A stretch of DNA of 63,978 nucleotides, counting the filler, from Trypethelium eluteriae (Eukaryota), in the NCBI GenBank assembly GCA_051942245.1. It is 4 parts of 4 records of this genome, joined end to end, with 100 filler letters (N's around TTAATTAATTAA, not from the genome) between each part and the next. Parts side by side here need not be neighbours in the genome. Positions count along the whole stretch, not along the records: positions 1 to 16,907 come from JAVECL010000606.1; positions 17,008 to 33,896 come from JAVECL010000608.1; 2 more parts are not named here. One strand, written 5' to 3'. This document shows positions 11,140 through 24,553 of the stretch, piece after piece. A model generated the notes under the pieces. The model made no database searches and had not been told where the DNA came from. It was given only the letters and a program-made list of their open reading frames with translations. Numbering within the stretch: the stretch's first letter is position 1; each line of letters opens with the position of its first letter. Made by a program: the position numbers and the translations under genes.

Positions 11140-12521
11140 TTACAAGTTAGCTCGATCGCTTTCGAAGTCCCTCAATTCTCTTTTCGGAGCCATCTTTAAG
11201 CCAAGCGCACCAAAACCACGCAGGTTCGCATTAACATCACTCTTCCAACCCCATGCGTGGTCCTTCTCTCGTCCGTTGCCTTGCCCATTCAGTACATTTG
11301 CCATGTACTTTCCAACAATCGGTAGAAACCTGGGAACGGTAGACTTAGCATTCCATCTAGAGCGTAAATGGGAAAAACCTACTTATACCCGTGGAAACTT
11401 CCTCCAGTAGCAAGATAAAGGTTGCTTAGCTTCGCGTGTGGGTGTTTGCACAGCAACAAGTCCTCACTTGGGGTCACGGCGTCCCAACAGATGCGCCAGA
11501 ATTCGGCTTGTTTACCGTTTGTGAACTCTGGCAGAAGCTTCGAAAGCAATCTTCTCTCGGTCTCTCGCTTGATACCGTTGGGAACATCATTCTGGCTTCG
11601 ATCTGCTGGTATGGAAATCCTGTGACCCGACTTCGTGGTGACCGTATTAATGACAGTCGTCTGGGAGTTGTTGTACTTCAAGTATTTGCTGCCATCGCGT
11701 GATGACGGTGGAATGACTTCCCCTTGACTTCCATATACAATAATGGGCATATTGGCTTTGGATAACCGCTCAAATTCCTCGTCTGAGAGCTTGTAGTACG
11801 CAGATACGGTACCCGTGGCTTTGACCTGGAGCTCCACACGGTGTCTTTCTGCAATTTCTAGTTGGTCCTCAATTGGCGAGAGCATGCTACTTGTCCAGGC
11901 ACCCACAGCAAGCACGACCTTGTCGGCCGTATATCGTTGTCCATCGATCGTGCGTATACCTTCAATACGTCCATGTTCGGTATCGAGAAGGAGTTCCGTA
12001 ACTTTTGCATTGACTCTTTTCACTCCACGCCTCTCTGCTGCCTCCATAAAGCTGGCAGTCGCCTTTGCAGCGTCACACCATCCAGCTTCGGGATTCCAGT
12101 AGACATCTCCAATCCCACCAGTCTCGGTGCCTTTCAAAAAGGCCCAACGTTTGTCTAACTGCTCGAGTGAGATCTCGCCAGTCTGTGTTGAGCCCCGATT
12201 TTGGAATACATTGCGGATTCGCTTGGCCAAGTCACTACCCCTCTCATCCATCATTACCCAGCCAGTCTTGTGAAAATAGTGACCTAGTTCCATGCTCCAA
12301 AACCAGGGATGAATCGCCTCGCTTGCTAGGTTGCAATACAACGAGTCTGGATAATCTGTACGAATTATTCGGTTGATGTCAACGCTTGCGGCTGGCTTGG
12401 GTGGTGAGGAAGATTGGTCAATGATTGTTATTCGCGACGCATCATTATATCGGTGGGCAAGATGGTATGCCGTCGATATACCAAACGTACCAGCACCAAC
12501 TATAAGCACAGTAGGGTCCAT
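11140..12521 (-). CDS. FAD-dependent oxidoreductase, sarcosine oxidase / fructosyl-amino acid oxidase / pipecolate oxidase family
   Basis: IVGAGTFG dinucleotide motif, AASVDINRIIRTDY, WRICWD (candidate FAD-linked Cys), ATGGSFHGYK then intron and FLPIVGKYM exon ending TAA at 11140. Confidence 0.88.
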
Positions 12522-13620
12522 AGTCGCTACAGTTGTCTCTTCAGTGTAAAGTATCTTTGATAACAGGCGCCAGGATCCAAAGATTTCCAGCGACTACCTG
12601 ATATAGTGCTTGATTGATCAAGCGGCGGAGGGCCAGACTGTCCCCGCTCTTGATCCATGTTCGGATGGCACTCTACGCAGACATATTCAGAAGGGGTACA
12701 ACATCTCTTGCTAGGATATCCGGACCGCTGTCGAATAGCGAATGCCGAAGGCTTTCAGGGAAGGGGGCAACGGGGGATTGCACCTGTACAAGTTCGTGCC
12801 AGATCAGGCTAGCCAGAAAGCTTGCATCAATCAGTACAAAATGTGCAATCACACCACTGCTCACTCCTCAGTTCCATGCTGGCATACCTCGTGAGACCAA
12901 ACAAAGTGACTGAGAGGTGGAGAAGAGGTGTAAGCCATGATCGAAACAATCCTGCCGCGCGATCGGCATATCTTTCGGCGAAGTGTCATAAGAAATTACC
13001 GACAAGGTCACGGAAACTAAAAACGACTTTGCGCCTGGACATTCGGTGAGCACAGCGTCACTCCAGTATGTCAGATTTCCTGGAGCTGGTCACAATGAGA
13101 TCGCAATTCAAAAACATGAAGATTTTTCTCCTCTGCAAAAAGGCCCATGCGTGACAGGTCGGGATCGGAAAGGTGGGAAACACATGGGTTGAAATCTATC
13201 GAGCGCTGGTTCAAAGCATGACCTATGACATGAATCTGGGTCCTCCAAAGCAGATCTCATATCTTCCGGCATAGATTTCAAGAGTTTTTGGAGCGTTCAT
13301 GGAGAGGGTGTTCTTAATTCGGCAGGACGATTGCGCAGCCAGAAATGGGATGAAATGGGGAGGTGATGTAGTAAACACACAACAGGGAGCAAGTATTTAT
13401 CGTGCACTTGATAAAGTGACGATCTCATGCAGATTGAAACCAGACATGTCAAAATTCAATATACAGAGGCGAAGGGTCTAGGTATGATCCCATCACGAAA
13501 AATTAACGCCTTGGACAAGCAATTGGAGAGGCTCGGACATCGAACAACAACTATGTAAATTCAACAGTATTATCACCTCAGTCCGTCTGTGTCTCTTTGG
13601 CACAACTTGTCAACACACCA

Positions 13621-14277
13621 TCATTCCAAATGACACTCTTTCAGGGCTGTGACCCTCTCGCAGCAATATCCGTCGGGTCCGATCCGATTTAACGTGAATG
13701 GCCCTTCCACTGTAGTGACTTCCAAAAGCACACCTGTGTTCACCCTGAGTCCATAACGTGACTCAACGGCCTTTGCGGCATTATCTTTTCTCTCTTTCAC
13801 ATCTTTGATAGCTTCAATCGTGGCCGGCGCAGTTTGAACAAGCCTTTCTCCAAACGATGAGACCGTCAACTCCCTGTACCTTTCGGCTTTCTCGACTGCA
13901 CGTATCAATGGCAGGCATGTCAAGAGGAACGTGGTCGCGGCTATCATATCGTCTTCCTGAAGCTGAGTTCCTTGGGAGAGTACCTGTGTTGACCATCCGG
14001 GGCCTAATTGATGGTGGGAGGCGATAAGGATTTTTCGTGGAGGGTTGCTTGGCCTGCACAGTAGCCTTTCGCCAAATTCGGCCATTCTTTCTCGTAGAAG
14101 TCGCAAGCAAATTCTGACCGAATTCAGACGACCAATCAAATTGAGTCCGCCTTGGAACATTCCGAGCAGCATATCGACACCTTTTTGTAGGAGTATGGTC
14201 TCTGAATCTCCCATGGCAGCAATCCACTTTCGTTGCTGAAAACTTAATTCCCAGAACCTTCTCGCCGTGTAGAACAA
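13621..14277 (-). CDS. Hypothetical protein or gene remnant (218-codon ORF)
   Basis: ORF length only; no recognised motif and no clear start. Confidence 0.3.
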   Translation of the reverse strand: MFYTARRFWELSFQQRKWIAAMGDSETILLQKGVDMLLGMFQGGLNLIGRLNSVRICLRLLRERMAEFGERLLCRPSNPPRKILIASHHQLGPGWSTQVLSQGTQLQEDDMIAATTFLLTCLPLIRAVEKAERYRELTVSSFGERLVQTAPATIEAIKDVKERKDNAAKAVESRYGLRVNTGVLLEVTTVEGPFTLNRIGPDGYCCERVTALKECHLE

Positions 14278-14451
14278 CGAAATGTCTTAGTTTCAGAGCA
14301 GACAGAACTAGACAAACAGGAATAGACGAGCACATCAAGTGAGCTTTTACTATTGTGTTCTATATGTTTCGGAGATAGCAGTCACTGACCGTTGTTGCGT
14401 AGACTTCTAGTTTTTGACAAACGAGTCAACGTCACGCATGCTACCCCATCC

Positions 14452-15620
14452 TCAAGCCCCCTTTCTTCCCCATACTCTTCGAATTCCGAACCCAAGGCGT
14501 AGTCCCTCTTGAATCTGCTTCCTTATCGGTCGCATGACTTCCTCCACATCGTCCTCGTTACGTAATCCTTCGACGCCACCTCGCACGATCGCGCCCTTCA
14601 TTGAACTTTCATGCAGCCGCATCATAAGCGGGGTAACGCTCTCCTGCAAGTCCGGATGATCCCAAGAGAAATACGTCCTCTCATCGCGACTTTGAAGGCC
14701 AGCGGAGCGGAAGAGCGAGGGAAAGCGATGGCTGAAACTACAAGCAGTGGAAAGTCAGTCTGAAACAGGCTGGAGAGTCCAGCTACGAGGAATTGAAAGC
14801 TCAGAGTGCGCGGAAGCGATGGAAAGGCGAGAAAGAGACAGCAACGCACGTCAGATCTCTCCCCGCGGCCTCACTAGCTGCCATATCAAGACGTAGAAAT
14901 CGAGCATAAGCTTCGGAGGCAGGGATACTGGTCCATGTCTGGTAGCCCACGTCCTCACATACAAGCCAGCCATTTGGACCTATCCATATCAGGATATTCG
15001 TCATTGAAGGCTTGCACAGAGCGATTTCTGAATGTCAGAGCTTACTTACGCAGGAGACTCACTAAATTCTCGATGGCGGGTGGCCAGTTTGCCGCGGTCA
15101 ACGCATACATCAGTAGCCGCGTGTGCACGATGTCGTACTTGCCATGCAGTTCCGCTGGGAATGGTGTCCGGACATCGTGGACGTGGAGACGGACACCGTT
15201 GGGAAGGGTGTCCAGGGCAGGGTATTTTTCGGCGGAGAGGTCGAAGCCGTCCATGGTGGTGATTTGGGGATATGCCGCTCTCATGTGGAGGAGCCATACT
15301 CTGTAGTCGAACGACCAAGGTCTCATTAGCGCAAACTCGGTGGGATAGCTTTGCTTTCGTAGGGTAAATTATGAAGAGGTTGAAGGAATATCACGAACCC
15401 TGTGCCGGTTCCTACATCCGCAACTGCAGACGTGGAGGCCTGGGTTTCTTCAGCTTCTGCAGGAAGAAGGGATTGGAAGATGTCATTCAGAAGGTCGACC
15501 CCCAAGTTCAGTCTAACATTTCACATCAGGAGATGCGTATTATAGAGAGCCTGCTAAACACGCAGACCTTTCTGATTCTTGTTGAACACCTTCACTGCCA
15601 AGAGAGTACGTCTTCTCCAT
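14452..15620 (-). CDS. Class I SAM-dependent methyltransferase (multi-exon)
   Basis: Spliced product MEKTYSLGSEGVQQESERLNLGVDLL...VADVGTGTGVWLL...DGFDLSAEKYP...HDVRTPFPAELHGKYDIVHTRLL...PNGWLVCED...RVWGRKGA; motif I DVGTGTG. Confidence 0.85.
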
Positions 15621-16810
15621 GTTGTAATTCGTGTTCTAGAGCCTCCTTCTCGTTATTTGAGAGTAACGGTCTGGCTTTCGACGAAAATGGGCCGATTAAA
15701 AGGTAGCAGTCACAAAATGAATCGCCTTGAACCTGTCATTTACAGGCCCTAGCAAATTAGGAAACTCATGTTATAAGCAATTCTTTCTGACTTCATAAGA
15801 GAGCAAGGATTAATTAGACGTAATCAATTGAGCTGCTGAACGATGAATGTGGAAATGATTGAATGCAAAAATCGAACAAAGTGGTATGCCTGATTAAGCT
15901 GGCAAGAGTTGGAAACCCTAAATATCTTGGAGATTGACCGGAAACCGGTGGTGTATGAGGGGCTATTTCCATCCCGAGGTATTTTCCTACCTACGATATA
16001 CTCTATGGGTGTTAGCTCTCCGTTCGAGCGGAAAGCGTCTGCTTTCGACACCGGCCAACACCTCTCATCCCAATCACTCTCGTTGTTAATCATCGGTTGT
16101 TTTAGCCAATTGACCTACTGATATCGTAGCGTCGCTGATATATCACATGATATGAAAACATTCATATAGATAGAGTGGAGAGGAAGCTGTTGTTTGCCAC
16201 TGGTCCATATCCAAGTCGGACGATTCTCCCTTAAAGACGGAGATTATCCAATTCTTCGACTGGAAAGTTTCCCCAGGTTGACGGAGATATTCGGAACGAA
16301 TATATTCGTAGATACGTTTCGGTGTTTGTGAGGTCGGTGTTAGTGATCGAGGTCGGGGCGCTGCGACGCTGAGAGGCACGAGAGGTAGAGCGCTAGTGGA
16401 GCGGTGGGAATGGCGGAACTTGCTGACATGATGACACTTGTTACGACGCGAGACACCCCAGGTGGGTGACTGACCGAAGTTAGTCCATCTCTACCTCCTA
16501 AACTCCATGGTTGTCGATCGCTCCTTTATGTATCAAGAGGCGAAGACATGGCAACAGGCGATGTTAATCACGGAGACGAGAGGGGACGGACACCGGAGTT
16601 ATCGCCGGCCTAACCGGTGCAAGTCTCTCCATGATGTAATGATGTGTGCTCCAATATGGAATTTATGCGCCGACGCACATTGGGTTTTTGGACATATAAA
16701 GGGTGTCTTTGTTTCCTTCTAAGGTTTTCCGTCTTGTAATCGTCCTTCAACAACTTCAATCGCCTTTCAAATCCATTGTCAAGTCAATTCAGAACAACAA
16801 CATCTCCAAA

Positions 16811-16907
16811 ATGGCACCACGCGTCTTCCTCATCACCGGTTGCTCGACTGGATTGTACGCAACAGCCTCCCATTCCTCCCCCCCTTCCCTTCCCCCCTGA
16901 CGCCATC
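16811..16907 (+). CDS. Short-chain dehydrogenase/reductase, first exon only (truncated by contig end)
   Basis: MAPRVFLITGCSTG(L) is the start of the TGxxxGxG Rossmann motif, followed by GTACGC donor and a pyrimidine-rich intron running into the gap. Confidence 0.7.
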
Positions 16908-17007
16908 NNNNNNNNNNNNNNNNNNNNNNNNNNNNNNNNNNNNNNNNNNNNTTAATTAATTAANNNNNNNNNNNNNNNNNNNNNNNNNNNNNNNNNNNNN
17001 NNNNNNN
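16908..17007. other. Artificial contig linker
   Basis: 44 N + TTAATTAATTAA (stops in all six frames) + 44 N, exactly 100 bp. Confidence 0.98.
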
Positions 17008-18598
17008 TCCCCACCCTCGCCGGCCGCCGACACCCGTCCCGGCGACACATCGCCTTCCACGTGGTGCGCCCCTTCCCCGCCCGCTCGCAATTCGGACAGA
17101 TATACGTATCGATGAGCTCGCCATCCGCCTCCGCAATATTGACACACGCGCCATGGAACCAGTCGTCGCACCCGCCGTCGCACGCAATCATCCACGTGTG
17201 GTTGTCAGGCCGTCGGCAGATGCAGTAGCGCTCGTTGTCGTCGGTCGTGGCGGCGTCGTCGGAGGCGTCGTCGTCTGAGGCGCCGGCGGCTGGAGAGGCG
17301 GATGCGGAGGCCGAGATGGCGGCCGAGGAGCCGGGACGTGAGGCGGAGGGGGAGGAGTTGCTGGGGTGTGCTTGGGCTGCTGCTGCTGGTATGGGAGATG
17401 AGTGGCTGTTGTTGTTGTTGGCAGTGCCGCCGCGGATGGCGGGGGTTTTGGAGGTGCGGGAGGTAGGAGTCGCAGAGGAGCGGTGCGGGCCTTGGCTGGA
17501 TAGGGGTGTTGTGGTGGGACTGCTGGCGTCGGTGAGGACGTTGACTTTGCGTTTCTTGGCAGGCGGCTTCTTAACGGTCGAGGCGGTGCCCTTCTTCGTG
17601 GTGGTTCTGGGAGCCGACCGCTTCTTGCCGGTAGTAGCGGTGGATTTGGTCTCGACGGTCATGGTGGGAGCGGCAGGAATGGCGGCGATGGAAGGCGAGG
17701 ATTGCTTGCGCGCGCCGCTGCCGCGTAAACCGTGCTCGTTCTTGAGGGCTTCTACTGCCTTCAGAGTTTCATCGTCGAGACCTGGTGCTTGCGCAGGTGT
17801 AATTTCTCGTGGAGTTGCAGAAGGCTCGGGTTTGATGTGCACAGCAGGCGAAGCAGCTGAAGTGGGTTCTGCAGCTGAAGAGACTCGCTGCAGTGGAGCG
17901 GCTTTTGTATTCTCAGGTAGTGGTGAGGATTTGTGGACCTGATCTATTGTAGATTCGTTATCCATGTGTGAAAGTGTACTGCTGGTAGCAACCCCATCTA
18001 AAGATTGCTTGTTGTCACCAATGTTCGCAGGAAACGATGCTGGACTGATAATCTTTGTAGTGTCTTGCTCGTAAGCTTTTTGTTCCTGTTTCGCCTGTTC
18101 GTGCAACGTCGATGTGAGGCCTTGTATAGGTGGAAGGCGCGGTGGAGGTGAATGTCTTGCTTGTAGGGATTGTCTTCTTGGCTGCTCTGGTGATTTCGAC
18201 CCGTGGTGGTATTGATCGAGAGTAGGGGAGATGGGTTGTTCGAATCGGTCTACGGGCGGTGACGGCTCCACAGGCCAGGCAGTTGCGCTATAAGTGCTCC
18301 CTGGCCGGTCATCTGAGTACCGTCTGGATGAATATTGATCAGTCGAAGCTAGTGGGGGATAGGTAGCGTAGGATAAGGTAGGAGAGTGCTGCGTCCAAGG
18401 TCCGTTCGCAGGCGCGCTCGAATGCGCCAGAGCCGTCAACGCGCTTGCTGCATCGTAGGTGGTCCCTGCGACCTTACGCGCCGCGTCACCATTTTCAGCA
18501 GGATATTGCGACGGCAAATTCGGCGCGTCCGAGGATACCTTAGGTGAGGCCGGCTCTGAGGCAGGCGCTGGGTTCAGTAGGTCGGACAGGTTGGACAT
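17008..18598 (-). CDS. SPP1: PHD-finger COMPASS/Set1C subunit Spp1-like, 3'-truncated at the gap
   Basis: Low-complexity N-terminus with NLS PPAKKRK, then PHD YCICRRPDNHTWMIACDGGCDDWFHGACVNI...YICPNC and TTWKAMCRRDGCRRPAR typical of filamentous-fungal Spp1. Confidence 0.8.
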
Positions 18599-19276
18599 AG
18601 CGAGCTGTCGTTGATGCGTATGCGCTGAAGGGCCTCAACACTCTCTGTAAATTATCGCGCGAGAGATGGATCACTGTCGGGCACGGTCATGATGGCGATG
18701 CACACAAAGCAATAGATATCTACGGGTTGTGGGTTTCTGGGAGGCGAAGAAGTGGTTGCGACTGGAAAGGTCTGTTGTGCAATGGAAAAAAGGCGGGGAA
18801 GCAATGCAACGGTACGCGTTCTAGTCCTAACGTACATCACCGGGCGAGCTAATTCTGCAGACCTCTGCAAGACTGTCTGCACTTGTCTTCGCTCGTCAGG
18901 ATGTGATCGTGTACATAAAAGAGACAATACGACTGCCGTCCCATGCCGAGACTCGCCCCCACGCCGAGCCCCACGTCCTTGCCCTTCAGCAAACAAAGCC
19001 ACGGCTGTAGATGACATTCATACGCTCGACGTCGACCAATCCTTGACAGAAGAACACCGCTTTGGCTAGCCTCTGCTATGCGCAATGGTGGGATTGTAAC
19101 GTCGGCAACGTAGACGACTGCAAAAAAGATCAGGCGGAAGCCGAAATGCAGGATCATGTCAGAGCTGCGTGCCGCAGGAGCTAGAAGACTGCTCTGAATA
19201 TTTCTTGGACTGAATAGATATAGTTCTTTCGACATGATTCTCCTTTTACTTCGATATAGCGAAGATATACAGCCAT

Positions 19277-21503
19277 TTACAAGAAGACTTCTAGATCGAG
19301 CTCGAGTGTGCTAACGGGGTAACTGACCGGATGGGTCAGTAAAAGCTTTCGCATGACGTGAAAAGGGAGCGACTTACGGTAAATCGAAGTTTTTCAATAC
19401 ATTCGGGTGTAGTATGCCAAAGACACCGAGAAAATGTCGCTTGCCGTCGAGCTTGAGGTTGATGCTCGCAGCATGCCCTGGGAAAAAGGTCGGGTCTGTC
19501 ACTCAAACGTCAATTCTATCATCTCATCTCATTCAAAGGGCAGAGAACATACCATCAACCTCATCAATCCAATAGCCCTCCACTTTCTCGTTGCTTAAGC
19601 CCTCCTCTCTAGTCAGGAAAGCACTCTTCAGCATCAACATGACTCGATCAAGCAAGCCATGCACCGCCTCAAATCCACTCGTCTTCCCATACCACGCCGC
19701 CGCAAAATGTCGCTCATTTCTCGCCTTCCGCTCCAAGCTTTCATCCTTGAAACACACGTCGCTCACCTCAAACACCTTCATCGGCACCCCATGATGCTTA
19801 TTCTCCCGCAGCGTCTTCAGCAGCCCTGGTATCAGACTCGTCCTAACAATCTGATACTCCGCGGTCTTCGGATTCTGCAGCCGTACCGCTGTCTTACCGT
19901 CATCTTTGCGATTTAGCCACGCAAAATTCTCGTCGTGCGAGCAGAGAATCAGCGGCATGACCTCTGACCAACCGGCCATGGCAGCCTCGTTCCGGACGAT
20001 GTCGGCGAGCTTGTTGATGGGAAGTGGGGCGGCGACAGCGGCGGACTTATTGGGGAAGTGGCGGGGAAGCTTGTTGAAACCATAGGCGATGGCGACATCT
20101 TCCATAATGTCGGCTTGATGGAGGACGTCGGCGCGGGTGATGGGGACTTGAACGTCGAGCATGCCTTCGGAAGAAGTAGACGGGGTTGATCGATAACACA
20201 TCCGCTCGAGGAGTTTGCAGATTTTGTCGGCGGAGAGCGAGAGGCCGCAGACTTCGTTTATGTAGTTGATGCTGGCTTGTGTAGGGCGGGGGGTGAGGTC
20301 CGGGGTTTCTCGACTACAGTTGTTGTGGGGCGAGACGATCTTGACGGGTTCGACGGTGAATGGTTCCTCGCAGTACATGGAAAACATGGCAACAAGAATG
20401 TGGTTGACTATCTCGACTTTAGTTTTGTCGGTAGCCGTAATATCGATGTACACGTTCTTCGTATCAAGGCTAATCTTTGTATGGTTACTGTTGATGATTG
20501 GAGGCATAGACAGAACGGTCCTATTAGAGTCATAGATGACGGGATATACTGGTGAATTGCGAATGATGTGCAAATATTTTCCGAGATGTCTATCTTTCTA
20601 TTTCTCTGGTCAATTCGTCGGAAGGGACAGGGGAGAAAGGCATTAATTACCTCATAGAATTGCATCATCTCCTTTCCATTCATCTCTTTGGTCTGATTCA
20701 ACGGCGTGAACTTTATCTGTTCCGGCGGTAGTGCCTCATACGAGAATGGCCCTTTGATTGTGTCTAAATCATGGGTGCCGATCGCTACTAATGTTCGCTG
20801 TCTTGCCAGGTTCTGATGGAGCTTGTCTTGCAAAGCAATGAAGGACTCATAACGAGACTTTGTGAATTTGATATTCCGAAGAATGGCGCTAGAGAAGTAC
20901 GGACGTATCCTTGCTGTCTGTACTTTGTCAGCTCGTCAGTATGCCTTCACAGCGTGATCATCATACATCTTCTTTGACGTAGGTAGTTTGGAGCTCGCCA
21001 TTGGGAGGCGGGACTAATTTGAAGTTTGGTAATGTTGTCTGTCCAAGGAAGACCTTCAGATTCATAGCAATGCCTTCGAAACATAGCATGTCATAGCTGG
21101 ATCCAGATCAGCTCCGACCGCAATCCTGATACGGGCTTCATGTACAAACCGATTGGCCGGTATTTCGATCTTCAGTTGTGGTGGCTCTTCAACTCCATCT
21201 ACGATGGGCCTTTGGGTGTTTGTTGTCTACCATCTCTTAGTACTTTTCACTTTTGCTTGAATGGGCGTCGCTGCTGCTCACGTCCTCATCGAGTTCAATG
21301 CCTGAGGAAAGAAAACTTTAGCCGCATTTCGATGAGAGTATCGGTAAATGCCCACCAAAGTCGAAACATAGCTCGTCAAACTCTTCTGTTGTGTATCTTG
21401 AATAATTTAGTTCAGAATAGTCTGTACGGCTCTTTTTGGAGAAAACGTACTCTTTTCCAAGCGCCTTGTACAGATCTGCCTTGTTTACCGCAATGGTGGG
21501 CAT
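19277..21503 (-). CDS. FRS1: Cytosolic phenylalanine--tRNA ligase beta subunit (multi-exon)
   Basis: [103 protein letters not shown], ends [13 protein letters not shown] at 19277. Confidence 0.95.
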
Positions 21504-22259
21504 TCTGATGCTCTTGTGCCTCGTTCAAGAGGTCCAATCCTGGTATTGTGTGCAGACCGTATTTTTTGTGAGAGGGCTCAGCGATTGGAATTTATTACTT
21601 ATTTAATTGAGAGATACAACATAACGCAACGGTGTGAAGCCTGACAATCCGGAGAAAGAATGGAGTTATAGGATCTGTTGCCGAAAGGATCAGATGTGTG
21701 AACCTGGCGAGTCCTCGAGTTACTGGAGGTACAGGTGTGAAACAGTCACCCTAAGTGTTTCGTTGGATATGCGGGATTCGTCGCAGGCGACAAGCGCGCG
21801 GTTGCGCCCTTGGTAGTCACTGCTGCCAGGAACGTTAGGTACGCAATGTCCGGGGGGCACGAGAGTATCAACACCCACAATCAACACAACGCCGCTTTCA
21901 CGACCTCTACACGCCAATTTGTGCGCAATCTTTCCGGACGTGTCTGCACAAGCTATCTAGATGTGAGCTCTTTCTACTGGTCTCGACTCATCCTTCACCT
22001 GCTCTGCCCTCGCCCCATCTGGCCTCAACTACAAATTCCTTGCAATCTGGCGAGCTTGCTGCCTTCACTATCTGACTCTTGTCCCTGCCTAGTTCGGGCC
22101 GCAAGGGACTTCCCTGGCCTTTCTTGTAGTCATTCTCCGACAGCTTCAGTCCCCATAACCGGGCCGAACGACTTTATCTCTCCACAAATAATTGAGTTGC
22201 CCTGGACTCGGTAGCTCCCACGCTCTTTACCCTAGACTAGACCACTACGAAACGCGGGT

Positions 22260-24553
22260 ATGAATTCACAGGATCAGAACGAAGAACTGTACCCTATCGC
22301 TGTTCTCATTGATGAGCTCAAGGTATGTGCTGTGAGTGACAGCCTTGGATATGTCTCATCGCTGATGGCCTCGGCTTAGCACGATGACGTTCTGCTACGA
22401 CTTAATGCTATCCACCGACTTTCCACAATCGCATTAGCGCTTGGAGCAGAGCGAACGAGGCATGAGTTGATACCCTTTCTTGACGGTTAGTACCATTTTG
22501 GACTGCAGATTGCATTCGCACTCCTGCTCGCTGAGGAATGCGCTGATTGCCTGGTCCGACTTCTAGAATCGGTGGAAGACGAAGATGAAGTGCTTACCGC
22601 GTTAAGCGAAGAGTTGGGAGGCTTTGTGGAATACGTTGGAGGGCCAGAATACGCACACGTTCTTTTGTCACCGCTGGAGAATCTAGCGGCGATTGAAGAA
22701 CCCTTAGTTCGGGAAAAGGTCTGATGATACAATCGAGGATGATTAGAAAAGTGCCAGGCTGACATTTCACATAGGCTGTAGAATCTCTGAACAAGATATG
22801 CGAACAACTCTCCCAAGCTCAAGTGGAAGAACACTTCATTCCTCTCACCGTCCGTCTCTCAAAAGCCGACTGGTTCACCTCAAAAATCTCCGCAACTGGC
22901 CTTTATAATGTTCCTTATAGCCGTGCAACACCACCATCTCAAGAAGGCCTCAGACATCAATTTGGTCAATTGGTTCACGATGATACCCCTATGGTACGTC
23001 GACAAGCTGCCAATAATCTGGCAAAATTCGTGAAAGCAATGCCAGCAACGATCGTGATTGAAGAGATGATACCACTGTTCCAACATCTTGCAAGCGATGA
23101 CCAGGACAGTGTTCGGCTTTTGACTGTGGACATACTCATTGCCATTGCGGAAGTCGTACCAAAAGAGCAGCAGTCAAGTCATGGCGTCCTACTTACTGCC
23201 TTACGGAATTTATTTGAGGATAAGAGTTGGAGGGTAAGATATATGGTTGCAGACAGGTTCGAGAAGGTGAACTGCCCTCTGTCCGTCACATCCGAATTCC
23301 GCTGATATCGTCTACTAGATTGCGAAGGCTGTGGACGAAGAGGTTGTTAGCCGAGATCTTGTACCTGCGTTTGTCAAGCTCCTGAAGGATACGGAAGCGG
23401 AAGTTCGAAGCGCAATTGCTGGACAGCTACCAGGTAAGAATTTCCACTGCTTCGTTTGTTTCTGCCATCAGCCTAACGCACATAACCAGGATTCTGCGGC
23501 CTTCTCGACCGTGAACCTTTGCTGCATGACGTAATGCCAGCAGTAGAGGATCTGGTGTCGGACCAATCGCAACATGTTCGTGCAGCCCTCGGTACTCAAA
23601 TCAGTGGTCTCGCACCTATTCTTGGCAAAGAAGAAACAACCGATCATCTTCTCCCGATGTTCTTACAAATGCTCAAGGACGATTTCCCAGATGTCCGGCT
23701 CAATATCATCTCCAAACTCGAACTCGTCAACAATGTCATTGGCATCGAGCTTCTTTCTCAATCTTTATTACCTGCAATTGTTCAATTGGCTGAAGATAAG
23801 CAATGGCGTGTACGACTCGCTATCATTGAGTATGTACCGCTCCTTGCTAGCCAGCTTGGTGTCAAATTTTTCGACGAGAAGCTCAGCAACCTCTGCATGA
23901 GCTGGCTCGGCGATCCAGTCTTCTCAATTCGCGAAGCCTCGACACAAAACTTGAAGAAACTGACCGAAGTATTTGGTGTCGAATGGGCAAATGAAGCTAT
24001 TGTGCCAAAGGTCATGGCCATGGGCCAGCATCCCAATTACCTTTACCGCATGACAACTTGCTTCGCCGTATCGGTATGTCCTACCGCATGGCTCTTTGAA
24101 GATGTACCTCACAGTGCACTGACATGATCCGACAGACTCTCGCCCCTGCTCTCTCACTTTCCGTCATTGAATCTTCCATCCTCCCAATGATGGACAAGCT
24201 TGTCGCGGACGAAATCCCCAATATTCGCTTCAATGTCGCTAAATCGTATGCCGTCTTGGTTGATGTCCTCAAGCGTCTACCCGAGCGAGGCACGATCATA
24301 TCGTTGGAAAAGAACGGTGAGTCGATACAAACGTTCCCGTTTTGATTTTTCTTATTCAATACTAATGCGTTTGCTAGGGCAATCGTCCAATCAGCCCTCC
24401 CAACGTGCTCTCAACCTCGTCACTCAGCAGATCTTGCCCAACCTCGAAAAGTTGGAACAGGATGAGGATATTGACGTGCGGTACTTTGCAACTACGGCGG
24501 CACAGGCTTGGGGCCAGGGTGTTCCAGACAATGCTATGCATATGAGTCCCTAG
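22260..24553 (+). CDS. TPD3: Protein phosphatase 2A scaffold (A) subunit, HEAT repeats (multi-exon)
   Basis: [84 protein letters not shown]. Confidence 0.96.

Noticed and set aside
15824..16379. Two minus-strand ORFs of 78 and 89 aa as a possible degenerate gene
   Set aside because: No motif, stops between them and no convincing splice model.
11140..16907. Oxidase, methyltransferase and SDR as a secondary-metabolite cluster
   Set aside because: No backbone enzyme or pathway regulator on the contig, and it ends at the gap; cannot be supported from this window.
16952..16963. TTAATTAATTAA palindrome as a biological motif, and ORFs reading through N runs
   Set aside because: Identical six-frame-stop linker centred in every gap; assembly artefact.
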